64,000 nt of DNA from an uncultured Acidobacteriota bacterium (GTDB lineage Bacteria; Acidobacteriota; Vicinamibacteria; Vicinamibacterales; 2-12-FULL-66-21): contig CAVULC010000002.1 in NCBI GenBank assembly GCA_963742265.1, forward strand, positions 243,016 through 307,015. Reading direction: 5' to 3'. Each line of letters begins with the position of its first letter. Positions within the stretch are counted from its first letter, which is position 1. Both the position numbers and the translations under genes were made by a program. Below the pieces are notes generated by a model that did not search any database, was not told the origin of the DNA, and saw nothing but the letters and a program-made list of their open reading frames with translations. Positions 19,738 to 30,107 of the stretch are shown here, piece by piece.

Positions 19738-20251
19738 TCAATACGTGAGGACCACGGTGACGTTTTCCCCGGCGAGTTTCGCCGTCCGTTCAACTCCAGC
19801 AGCTCGATCAGGAACGCCATCCCCTCGACGTCACCGCCGAGTTGCTTGACCAGGCTCACCGTCGCTGCCGCCGTGCCGCCGGTCGCGAGGAGGTCATCGA
19901 CGATCAGCACGCGCTGGCCGGGCTCGATCGCGTCGCGGTGCATCTCGAGCGAGTCGGTCCCGTATTCGAGGTCGTAGCTCGCGCTGATGGTCTGCGACGG
20001 CAGTTTCCCGAGCTTACGCACCGGCACGAAGCCGGCGCCGATCCGGTCCGCCACGGCGGCCCCGAGGATGAAGCCGCGGCTCTCGATGCCGACGACGAGG
20101 TCGATTGCCCGCCCTGCGAATGGAAGCGACAGGCTGTCGATCGCGAGCTTGAACCCCTGCGGGTCGCGCAGCAGCGTGGTGACGTCGTAGAACAGAATCC
20201 CGGCCTTCGGAAAATCGGGCACGTGTCGGATTCGGTCTTCAAAGAGTCCAT
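19738..20251 (-). CDS. apt: adenine phosphoribosyltransferase (2 single-base frame changes)
   Basis: [33 protein letters not shown] and PRPP loop [16 protein letters not shown]. The N-terminus MDSLK(T)RIRHVPDFP and the C-terminus [16 protein letters not shown] are each restored by adding one base (the latter in the T-run 19777-19779, an A-run on the coding strand). Confidence 0.9.
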
Positions 20252-20259
20252 GCTGTCCC

Positions 20260-20532
20260 TCAGCGAATGAAAAAACCGGTCGCCCGTGGATGGGGGCAAT
20301 GCCGGTTCGACCTGTACAGACTCGACACGCGCGCCGGCGGGACCGCGACGGACGGCGCGATTCGACGCGATCGACAGACTCCTGGTCTCCTTCGACTGGA
20401 TCTCGACGCGTCCGTCCGGCAGGTTCCGGACGTAACCGTGCACACCTTCGACCGCGGCCGCGCCTCCGCGAACACACGGAAGCCGACCCCCTGCACACGT
20501 CCACCAATGACGAATTTTCGCGCGACGATCAT
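20260..20532 (-). CDS. acyP: acylphosphatase (at least 2 frame changes)
   Basis: [24 protein letters not shown].. then, in another frame, [37 protein letters not shown]. The C-terminal FFIR* is restored by removing one base from the 6-nt homopolymer at 20270-20275. Confidence 0.8.
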   Translation of the reverse strand: MIVARKFVIGGRVQGVGFRVFAEARPRSKVCTVTSGTCRTDASRSSRRRPGVCRSRRIAPSVAVPPARVSSLYRSNRHCPHPRATGFFIR

Positions 20533-20552
20533 CCGGGGGAAATTCTACACGG

Positions 20553-21396
20553 TTACGACCGGTCGACCGTCACTTCGACGACGCCAACCGGTTCGTCGAT
20601 CGCGACAAACAGTTCGTCCGGACTCGTGCGAGCCCCGGACGCGAACAGGTCGGCCGGCCGGTACGGACGTTCGTGAAACGCGAGCGTCACGTCCGCGATC
20701 TCTTCGTAGGTCGTGAGGATCACGTCGGCGACCGCGTACAGCGCGTGCTGGACCGACTGGCTCGGATGCCAGGCGAAGGTCTCGAGGATCGCCGCTGCGG
20801 ACCCCCTGCCGGTAGGGACCGAAGGTGACGTCGCCGCTCGTGTAGGTCCAGCGCGCGGAGAGATCTCCGACCAGCAGCGGCTGCAATCCGTCCGAGCGCC
20901 CATCGTCCTGCACCGTGCGCTCGCCGGGAGCAAAGCCGGCGCTCCGCATCAGCGTGAGATCCTCGATGCCGGCGACAACCGACACCTGCTTGCCGTTGCT
21001 GGTGACGATCGCGGTCCGTCGCTCGTCGGAACCGCCGATGAACGTCTGCGGCTGCGCTTTGCCGCCGGCCTCGAGCCGCTGCCAGCGCGTTCGGCCATCT
21101 CGACGCCTGACGCGGGTGATCCGCGGCTGCCGTTCGAACGCCCGCGCGCAGAGCGCGATGCCCAGGGTTTCGATCTCCTTGGCCCCGTGCTCCCTCGCGG
21201 CGGCGTGCACCAGGTTCTTGATCGTTTCGCCGGGCAGGATCCCGGCGGCATTCCCCTCGAGGAACGCGGCCGAGAACTCCCCTTCGAAACGGAACGAGAC
21301 CGTCAGGTCGCGCGGATCGTGACGGTCGCCGCGGCGGACGATCCGCAGCATGCGCAGGCGGGATTCGCCATGGCTGCTGGCAGAGATGCGCGCCAC
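20553..21396 (-). CDS. factor-independent urate hydroxylase (urate oxidase), 1-2 frame changes
   Basis: HGESRLRMLRIVRRGDRHDPRDLTVSFRFEGEFSAAFLEGNAAGILPGETIKNLVHAAARE matches the uricase N-terminal T-fold module. The C-terminal part (AAAILETFAWHPSQSVQHALYAVADVIL..VAIDEPVGVVEVTV) is in fragment 20553..20933. GTG start. Confidence 0.75.
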
Positions 21397-21399
21397 GGC

Positions 21400-24300
21400 T
21401 TACTTCTCGTCCTTGACCGGCGCCAGCCCCGCCGCCACCAGCAGCTTGTTCAGCGCGGCGAGATCCATCTTCGTCAGCGTGTTCATGCGGCCGAGCTCGG
21501 TCTCGAGCTTCGCCGACAGCTCGCTTGAACACGTCATACGACTGCGCGGTCGGCTTGTAGTCGCCGCTCTCGACCGTTCCCTGCAGCGCAGCCAGCTTGT
21601 TGTTCAAACGGATCGGATAGTTCAGCGGATCCTGGCCGCTGCGGATACGGTGCTGGTAGATCTCCCCTTCGACGTCCGTCAGCTTGTCGGCAAACGCCTG
21701 GATCGCCGCCTTCAGAGAGGCGTCGGTCGCTTTCGACGCGCGGTCGGTGAGCTGGTCCTTGATCTTGCGGATGCGGACGACGGTGTCGTTGGCTGCCGAG
21801 AGCTGCTGATTGATCTGCATCGCCAGTGCGAACTGTTCCTGCAGATCCGCATCGGTCACGGTCGTGACCGCGGGGTTGCGCACGATCTGGAAGTCCTGGG
21901 TTTTGGTCCCCGCCGGAGCGGTGATCTTCACCTGGTACCGCCCTGGAGGCGCCGGCGGGCCCTGCGTGCCCGCCGGCCCACATGATCAGCCCGGGAAACT
22001 CGTGCGCATTCGGATAGCGCATGTCCCAGGTGAATCGGTTCATGCCCTTCGCGGTGGTTACGCGCGCTGGCGGACGCCGGGGCGCATCGTCATCTCCTTC
22101 GGATCCAGGTCGCGTCGTCGCGTCGGCGCCAGTGGGCGGCGGACCGCTGAAGCTGCGAATCAGCTTCCCCTTCGCGTCGAGGAAGTCGATCGTCACCTTG
22201 TCGGCTGCGTCTTTGAGGAAGTAATCGACGACTACTCCACGCGAGACAGACCGCACGGCATCGGCCGGATCGAACAGCACCAGCGGCTGTGATGCCGTCG
22301 TCTCGTCGAGCTGTCTCAGCACGGAGATGTTGTCCATGATGTAGAACGAGCGGCCGTGCGTGGCGATCACCAGGTCGTTGCCCTTGATCTCGATTCCGTG
22401 CACCGGCGTCACCGGCAGCTCCTGCCGGAGCGACTGCCACTGAGCGCCGTCGTTGAATGAGACGTAGATGCCCGTTTCGGTGCCGAGGAAGAGCAGGCCT
22501 TTGCGCTTTTTGTCTTCGCGGATCGCACGGGGGAAATCATCGGCCTGGATACCGGTGACGATCTTCGTCCACGTCTTGCCGAAGTCGGTCGTCTTGTAAA
22601 CGTACGGCGCACGGTCGGCGCGCTGGTAACGGTTACCGGCGAGATAGGCGGTGCCGGCCGCGTGCGGCGAAGCCTCGATCAGGCTGATGCGCGTGAACTC
22701 GGGCAGATCCGGAGGCGTGACCTTCTGCCACGACTTGCCCGCGTCCCTCGTCACGTGGACGAAGCCATCGTCGGACCCCGCCCAGATCACGTTGCCGTCC
22801 ACTGCACTCGGGGCCAGGGTGAAGATCGTGGCGTATGTTTCGACGCCGGTCTGGTCGAGCGTGATCGGGCCGCCGCTGGGCCCGAGGGTCGATGGATCGT
22901 GGCGCGTGAGGTCAGGGCTGATGCGCGTCCAACTCTGTCCTTCGTTGACGCTCTTCCAGACGTGTTGCGAAGTCGTGTAGAGGACGTTCGGATTGGTCGG
23001 CGCGATCACGATTGGATACGTCCACTGGAAGCGCTCGGCGATGTCGCCCGACGAAAAGCCCATCGGGTTGTCAGGCCATACATTGATGCTCCGTCGCTCC
23101 CCGGTGCGGCGGTTGATCCGGGTCAGCAGACCCCCATAGCTGCCGGCGTAGAAGACGTCCGTGTCTTCGGGATCCGGAGCGATGTAACCGCTCTCGCCGC
23201 CGCCGACCTCGTACAGCTGTCCGCCGCCCGTGCTCGGCACGCACGCGGTGCTGTTGTCCTGCTGCGCCCCACAGACGTGATACGGCACGTGCGCCGTGGT
23301 GATGACGTTGTAGAACTGCGCGGTCGGAAAATCCTGGTCGGTCCAGCTCTCTCCGCCATTGTTCGAGATGTTCGCCCCACCATCGTTGGTGTTCGCGAGT
23401 CGCTGCGGATCCTCGGGCGCGATCCACAGGTCGTGATTGTCGCCGTGCGGCACCTGGATGCCGCGGATCGTCTTGCCGGCGTCGGTCGAGCGATAGAGGC
23501 CGGTGTTGAGAATGTAGACCGTGTCTCGCGACTTGGGATCCGCGTAGATCCGCGTGTAGTAGAACGCTCGCTGCCGCAGCCGGCGGTCATCATTCGCGAG
23601 TGTCCAGGACGTTCCGCCATCGTCAGAGAGGAAGACACCGCCCTCGGGTGCTTCGATGATGGCGTAGACGCGGTTCGGGTCCGCCCCAGACACGCTCACG
23701 CCGATCTTGCCCCAGAGCGGCTTCGGCAGCCCGGCGTTCTTTGTCAGCTCAGTCCAGTTCTGCCCGCCGTCGGTAGATTTGAACAGCCCGCTCCCAGCGC
23801 CTCCGCTCGAGAGCGAGTGGGGCGTGCGAAACACCTCCCAGAACCCGGCATACAGGACTTCGGGGTTCTTCGGATCCATCGACAGGTCCACCGCGCCAGT
23901 CTTGTCATCTCGAAACAGGGTTTTCGTCCAGGTCTTTCCCCCGTCGGTCGTCTTGAAGATCCCGCGTTCGGCACTTGGGCCATAGGTGTCGCCGAGCGCC
24001 GCGACGTACACGATCTCCGGGTTTGTCGGATGGATGCGAATGCGGGCGATGGTCATGGTCTTGTCAAGACCCACATGCGTCCACGTCTTCCCGCCGTCGC
24101 TCGTCTTGTAGACCCCGTCACCCTGGATGACGTTGCCGCGCAGTTCCGTCTCACCCATCCCGATGTAGACGATGTCGGGGTTGGATTCGGAAATGGCGAT
24201 GGCGCCGACCGATGATGTCTTGAGGAATCGGTCCGCCATCGGCCGCCAGGTGAGACCTCCGTCAGTCGTTTTCCACACGCCTCCGCCGGTTGCGCCGAAG

Positions 24301-24524
24301 TAGTACTCCAGCGGCCGTTTCGTGGTGCCCGCGACCGTTTGCGATCGTCCTCCGCGTGCCGGGCCGATCGATCGCCAGCGCAATCCGGTGAGGAGTGAGG
24401 CGTCGATGCCGGCCGGTGAGTTCTGAACAGCCTCCTGCGGCTCACGAATCCTGGCCGTTCCGCTGGTCGACAGCAGCAGAAGGGCGATGGGCAGATAACA
24501 GGCTGACTTTCTGGCGGGACTCAT
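21400..24524 (-). CDS. secreted BNR/Asp-box repeat protein of the sortilin-VPS10 / GH74-like beta-propeller family (2 frame changes near the 3' end)
   Basis: Signal peptide MSPARKSACYLPIALLLLSTSGTA. Repeated Asp-box motifs TTDGGLTW, TSDGGKTW, TTDGGKTW, STDGGQNW, SDDGGTSW, NNGGESW, NEGQSW, RDAGKSW. The C-terminal region continues in fragment 20720..21931 (..IYQHRIRSGQDPLNYPIRLNNKLAALQG..) and a third frame (..ELSAKLETELGRMNTLTKMDLAALNKLLVAAGLAPVKDEK*). Confidence 0.8.
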
Positions 24525-24690
24525 GGGTGCGGATCCTCCAAAGGTTGGGCTTTCGAATGCTATTCCAGAAGGGGTGCAAGTGGAAGCCGGCTCCATACTT
24601 CGAGGGTAGTCATCTACATGCCTGAATAGAATCAACAACTTATGGATCGGGCACGGCTTGTGCTGAAACAGGGACGCAGGAGGAAATGAA

Positions 24691-24840
24691 ATGCTTTTTA
24701 CAATCGCGGTGATCCTGTTGGTGCTCTGGCTCCTCGGTCTCGTCAGCGGCTACACGATGGGGAATTTCATCTATGTGCTGCTCGTGATCGCACTGGTGCT
24801 GTTTGTCGTGGGCCTGGTCAGCGGCCGGCGAACAGTCTAA
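24691..24840 (+). CDS. small two-helix membrane protein (lmo0937-like family), 49 aa
   Basis: Too short for the ORF track. GGAGGA lies 7 nt upstream of the ATG. Product: MLFTIAVILLVLWLLGLVSGYTMGNFIYVLLVIALVLFVVGLVSGRRTV*. Confidence 0.7.
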   Translation: MLFTIAVILLVLWLLGLVSGYTMGNFIYVLLVIALVLFVVGLVSGRRTV

Positions 24841-25089
24841 GGGCGTCCAGCAGTCAGGCGATTGGCCCGCGGCCAGTCGCTTGACTGCCCATTTCACGCA
24901 GCCTTCTCGGCGCCATTCGCCTGTGCGTCCGTTGCTGGATGTGTCTCTGTCCACGACGCGGCGGGCAGTAGACAGCAGGCGCCAGGTGGCGGGCGGGTCC
25001 GCGGCCCAAGCGCCTCACCAGTTGCAGCGCTGGTCCTGACGAACTCCTCCATCCTGCTGTCTACTGGCCGCTGCCCCCTCAGTAACCCG

Positions 25090-26022
25090 TCATTTGCCCA
25101 CACCCGGCAGATACCGTGCGGCGCGGATCGTGGCGCCTCGCCTCAGGATCCGCACGTCCACTCCTCGCAAAGCTTCCTTCTGAAAAATCGGCGGGTCGGC
25201 GATCCGCAGGATGTAGTAACTGACCGCCTCGCGCATGATGCGCTCCGCGGCGCGGTCCATGTCGTTCGTGTTGGAGAACGAATAGCCGCCAGTCTCGCGC
25301 GCGAACCCGTTGTCTCCGGCTGATACCGGCGACGCGCCGACGCCCCCGGATCGATCACGTACAAGGTGACATGCGCGAGCGCCATTGAGCGGACCGCCTC
25401 CGTCCATTCTGCGCGAACCTCGCGTCCAAGCGATGGCGGCGGGATCGGCGTGTCGAACAGCCATCCAGGACCGATCGCCACAATCGTGCGGCGACGCGCC
25501 GGCGATTCCGCGATCTGTCGCGATATTGACGTGAGCGTCGTCAGCACATGCGCGCTCAGGTCGTCGGCGCGGATGGGGCCGGTCGCGCCCGGGTTGTACG
25601 CATCGATCGTTCGCAGGAGTTCGGCGCGATCGTTGGTACTGTGCGACGCATTACCGTCCAGGCCGATGACGGCCATCTGGTCCGCAGCTCCAAGCCTGTT
25701 GACGAAATGTCGTGCGACGTCTCTGACTCTGGCGGCGTTCGAGGGATGGATGGTGATGTCATCGAGCAGGAGCACGAGCGATCGCCGTGCGCGGTCGTCA
25801 TCGGGAGTGATGGCGATGAAGGTCTCGATCGGGATGCGATAGTGCTCGATCCAGACCTCCACTTCGTCGCGCCTGATGTCGGTGAGCGGGTTCCCGTTTC
25901 GATCGAGCGGAACGGCGTCGATCTCCAGCATCCTGTGCGGCGCGGTTGACGACGGCTCCTGCACCGGCGTCGGCGCCGACCATGCGCCGAGAAGGAAGAG
26001 AACGACAGCCAGCGCGGCTCAT
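25090..26022 (-). CDS. VWA domain protein (acidobacterial TIGR03436-like), frame changes near both ends
   Basis: ..DEVEVWIEHYRIPIETF..SLVLLLDDITIH..VNRLGAADQMAVIGLDGN..RRTIVAIGPGWLFD..AHVTLYVIDPG. The C-terminal GGYSFSNTNDMDRAAERIMREAVSYYILRI..GVDVRILRRGATIRAARYLP lies in fragment 25090..25464. Confidence 0.7.
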
Positions 26023-26281
26023 GATGCGCAGTCTACTCCGATGGCGTGGCGGAACCACGCACGTCGACGCGGCGGCACGATAACGAATTCGTTCATCGGC
26101 CTGCCGCCACAATCCCGTGAACGCTCCGACAAAATCGCAGTTCTGTAACCCTCCCGCACTCTTCGCAATCCATCGCTCCGAGCCGCTTTCACGCGGATAA
26201 AACGCATTCCACCGAGCAGGCACCAATCCTGCACAGCCGGCGGTACCCCGGCAAACCATCGCTAAAAATTCGAGGCAACAA

Positions 26282-29200
26282 ATGCAGCGCTCGATCTGTG
26301 GATACGTGTGGCTTGGCATCCTTTCAGTCGCCCTCACGCTGGCGGCATTGACCCCGGTGAGCGCGCAGTCCGTGCTCGACGGACGCCGTGCGGAGTTCTC
26401 TCCGTCGGCGGAACACAACGCGGTTGATCCGACGACTGGTGTTCCGCTCGTCGACAGCTACATGCTGCAGATCTTCGTCGCCGGTGACAGCACGCCGGTG
26501 CAGACCGTCAACCTGGGCAAGCCGTCCCCCGACGTGGACGGCATGATCCGTTTCGACTATGTCTCGCTGCTCTCGAGCCCACTCACTCCCGGCGTCATCT
26601 ACGAAGCGCAGGTGACGGCGATCGGACCTGGCGGCAGTGCCGCAAGCGAGCGTTCCAACACGTTCGCGTTCAGCGCCACGTGTGCGCCGACCATCTCGCC
26701 GTCAACCGCCAACGGTGCCTCGACCGGCTTCAACGGCGTGGTGGCGGTGACGGCCGGCGCTGGCTGCGCGTGGACCGCGAGCAGCGATGCGGCGTGGGCG
26801 ACGATCACGGCCGGCACGGCCGGTACCGGCAACGGCTCGGTGAGTTACAGCGTCGCGCCCAATACCGGAAGCACCCCTCGCAACGCCGTCCTCACGATCG
26901 GCGGCAACAGCTTCACCCTGACACAGGCCGGCGCTCCGTGCGTCGCGACGATCTCGCCAGCATCTGCGAGCGTCTCTGCGAGCTCGTTCTCCGGCACCGT
27001 GCCGGTCACCGTCGGCGCCGGGTGCACGTGGACGGCCAGCAGCAACGCGTCCTGGATCACGATCAGCGGAGGCACGAGCGGCAGCGGCAACGGATCGACG
27101 ACCTACAGCGGCACGGCGAACACCGGATCCACTTCTCGTACTGGAACGTTGACGATCGCCGGCAACACGTTCACCGTGACCCAGGCAGCAAGCGCCTGCA
27201 CCCCGACCATCTCGCCGGCGTCGGCGAACGTTGCTTCGGCGGCTTTCACCGGAGCGGTGGCGGTCACGGCGGGCAGCGGCTGCACGTGGACGGCGGTCAG
27301 CAACGCATCCTGGATCTCGATCACCGCCGGTGCCAGTGGCACCAGCAACGGATCGGTCGCCTATTCAGGCACCGCCAACACGACGAGCACGTCTCGTTCT
27401 GGAACGTTGACGGTCGCCGGCAAGACCCTCACGATCACCCAGGCCGGGGCCGCCTGCACCCCGACGATCGGATCCACGTCAGCGAGTGTGGTGGCCGGTG
27501 GCGGCACTGGCAGCGTGGCTGTGACAGCAACGAGCGGCTGTTCGTGGACGGCGACGAGTAACGCCGCCTGGATCACCGTCACTGCCGGCGCGAGCGGCAG
27601 CGGCAACGGCTCGGCCAGCTACAGCGTTGCCGCCAACACGACCAGCACTTCTCGTTCTGGAACCCTGACGGTTGCCGGTAAGACCTTCACGATCACCCAG
27701 GCCGGGGCGGCCTGCACCCCGACGCTGTCGGCGCCCACGGCGAGTGCGGTGGCGGGTGGCGGCACCGGTGCTGTGGCGGTGACCGCCGCGAGCGGTTGCT
27801 CGTGGACGTCTACCAGTAACGCCGCCTGGATCACGATTACGGCCGGCGCGAGCGGCAGCGGCAACGCGTCGGTGAGCTACAGCGTTGCGGTGAACCCGAA
27901 CAGCGCAGCTCGCACTGGCACGCTGACTATCGCCGGTAACACGTTCACCGTGACGCAGGCCGGCGCCGGTTGCACTCCGACGATCTCGCCAGTCTCGGTC
28001 AACGTCGGCGCCGGCGGATCGACCGCCACTCTTCCCGTCACGGTCGCGGCGGGCTGTAGTTGGACGGCGGTCAGCAACGCTGCCTGGATCACGATCACGG
28101 CAGGTGCGAGCGGAACCGGGGACGGTGCCGTGAGCTACACGGTAGCGGCGAACACTTCGAGCGCCTCGCGCACCGGGACGCTCACCGTCGGTGGTAACAC
28201 CTTCACGGTGACCCAGGCCGGTGTTCCCTGCGTGCCGACGATCTCACCGGTCGCGGCCGACGTCGTGGCCGCGGGCGGTTCGGGTGTGATCCCGGTGACC
28301 GCGGCGAGCTGGCTGCGCATGGACGGCGACCAGCAATGCCGCGTGGATCACGGTCACTGCCGGTGCCACCGGCAGCGGCATCGGCTCGGTCAGCTACAGC
28401 GTCGCCGCGAATCCCGGAAGCGCGGCTCGCACCGGAACGGTCAGCGTCGGTGGGAATACCTTCACCGTCACGCAGGCGGGCCTCCCCTGCACGCCCACGA
28501 TCTCACCGGCGTCGGTCAATGTCAGTGCGTCCGGCTTCGCTGGAAACGTTCCGGTGACCGCCGCGACCGGCTGCTCGTGGACCGCTTCGAGCAACGCGGC
28601 GTGGATCACGATCAGCGCCGGCGCCAGCGGCAACGGCAGCGGCTCGGTGAGCTACAGCGTTGCGGCCAATAGCACCAGCACCTCGCGCAGCGGCACGCTG
28701 ACCGTCGGCGGCAACACGTTCACCGTCACCCAGGCTGGACTGCCCTGCGTGCCGACGTTCTCCCCGACCTCGGCCAACGTCGGCGCGTCCGGCTTTACGG
28801 GCGTAGCTCCGGTCTCGGCCGCAACCGGCTGCGCGTGGACGGCGACGAGCGACTCCCCCTGGCTCACGATCAGCGGCGCGGCCTCCGGCAGCGGCAATGG
28901 GTCGATCACCTATGTCGCCGCCATCAACACCGACACCAGCCCGAGAACGGGAACGCTGACAGCTGGCGGAAACTCCTTCACGGTGACGCAGGCCGGCAAC
29001 GTCTGCCTGGCAACACTGTCGGCGACCTCGAGCAGCGTGGGCTCGATTGGATTTACCGGCGTGGTGTCGGTCAGCGCCGGGACGGGCTGCGGCTGGACGG
29101 CGGTGAGTAACGCCGCATGGATCACGATCACCGCCGGGGCATCCGGCAGCGGCAGCGGGTCCGTCACTTACAGCGTCGCGGCCAACACCGGAACGTCCGC

Positions 29201-30042
29201 GCGCACCGGAACCTTCACCGTGGGCGGGAATACCTTCACCGTCACGCAGGCGGCGCCGGTGTGCACGGTCTCGCTGTCATCGACCTCGATCAACATCGGA
29301 GCCGCGGCCTTCACCGGAGTGCTGCCGGTCAGCGCCGGAACGGGCTGCGCCTGGACAGCGACGAGCAATGCCGCCTGGATCACGGTCACTGCCGGTGCCA
29401 CCGGCAGCGGCAGCGGGTCGGTCACCTATGTGGCTGCGGCCAATACTTCGGCCACTCCGCGGACCGGCACGATCACGGTCGGGGGCAACACCTTCACCGT
29501 GACTCAGAGCGGCGGAAGTTCCTGCTGGTACAGTCTGTCAGCGGCGAGCCAGGCGCTCGCGGCCGGCGGCGGCAGCGGTAACGTCTCGGTGACGACGGCC
29601 ACTGGTTGTGCCTGGAGCGCCAGCAGTGATTCTTCCTGGGTGACGCTGACCAACGGGACCGGCCGCTCCGGGTTCGGATTGGTCGGATTCACAGCATACC
29701 GCGAATACGACCGGAGCTGCGCGAACCGCGACACTGACGATCGCAGGCAGCACCTTCGTCATCACCGAGCCGAGCAACACGTGCACGTTCTCCGTCTCGC
29801 CATCCCTGGTGATCGCGTCACCGGGAGGAGCAACCGGATCGATCACGGTGACCACCCAGCCCACGTGCAACTGGACGACGTCGACAAATGCTCCGTGGGT
29901 AACCATAACTCCATCGGGCACCGGTACAACGACGCTGACTTACACGGTGCCGCCGAATACCGGAACGCTGTCGCGATCGGCAACGATCAGTGTTGCCGGC
30001 GTACTGGTCACGCTGATCCAGAACCAGCCGCCAGTACAGTAA
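26282..30042 (+). CDS. secreted repeat protein: N-terminal Ig/FN3-like module + 13 tandem BACON-like domains (2 frame changes, about 28307 and 29690)
   Basis: Signal peptide [30 protein letters not shown]. About 86-aa units of the form C-x-PT-ISP..(a)-x-G-x-VAVTA-x-x-GC-x-WTA-x-SNA-x-WITITAG-x-SG-x-G-x-GSVSYSV-x-AN-x(4)[19 protein letters not shown]. Fragments 26282.., 28554.. and 29809... Confidence 0.8.
26681..30039 (+). repeat. 13 tandem coding repeats, period 258 bp
   Basis: The first Cys codon of each unit recurs at 26681, 26939, 27197, and so on. The period is mirrored by minus-strand ORF-track entries starting every 258 nt (26845, 27103, 27361, 27619, 27877, 28135 ...). Confidence 0.9.
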
Positions 30043-30060
30043 GCGCCGGTCCTCGCCTAT

Positions 30061-30099
30061 CGTGATCCTGTTGTGCGCCCTCGGCACAACAGGATCACG
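30061..30099 (+). terminator. perfect 16-bp stem / 7-nt loop hairpin downstream of the repeat-protein gene
   Basis: CGTGATCCTGTTGTGC-gccctcg-GCACAACAGGATCACG, starting 19 nt after the stop codon. There is no clear U-tract, so its intrinsic-terminator function is uncertain. Confidence 0.55.
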
Positions 30100-30107
30100 A
30101 TGGGTTC

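Noticed and set aside
7352-21400. Frame changes as programmed ribosomal frameshifts or genuine pseudogenes, for example a mutS-deficient mutator lineage decaying.
   Set aside because: There are too many (7 in mutS, at least 5 in tsaB) and they hit essential genes. No slippery-site pattern is shared. The amino-acid sequence between breaks is fully conserved and free of stop codons or substitution damage. Several map to homopolymers. Assembly indel error is the simplest explanation, though read data are needed to be sure.
20720-21931. 403-aa ORF as a separate gene.
   Set aside because: Chimeric. Its first roughly 130 aa are the genuine C-terminal region of the BNR/sortilin-like protein, displaced by a frame change. 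The rest reads out of frame through the urate-oxidase gene.
26599-29425. A series of about 80-aa minus-strand ORFs spaced exactly 258 nt apart.
   Set aside because: They are the mirror image of the 258-bp coding repeats of the plus-strand BACON-like protein. The periodicity comes from the sense gene, not from independent genes.
26681-30039. Possible CRISPR array or satellite, because of the strict periodicity. The 7-8-nt arrays at 8632, 40648 and 47537 raised the same question.
   Set aside because: The 258-bp units are contiguous coding repeats with no unique spacers. The short arrays have units far below CRISPR repeat length. No cas genes are present.
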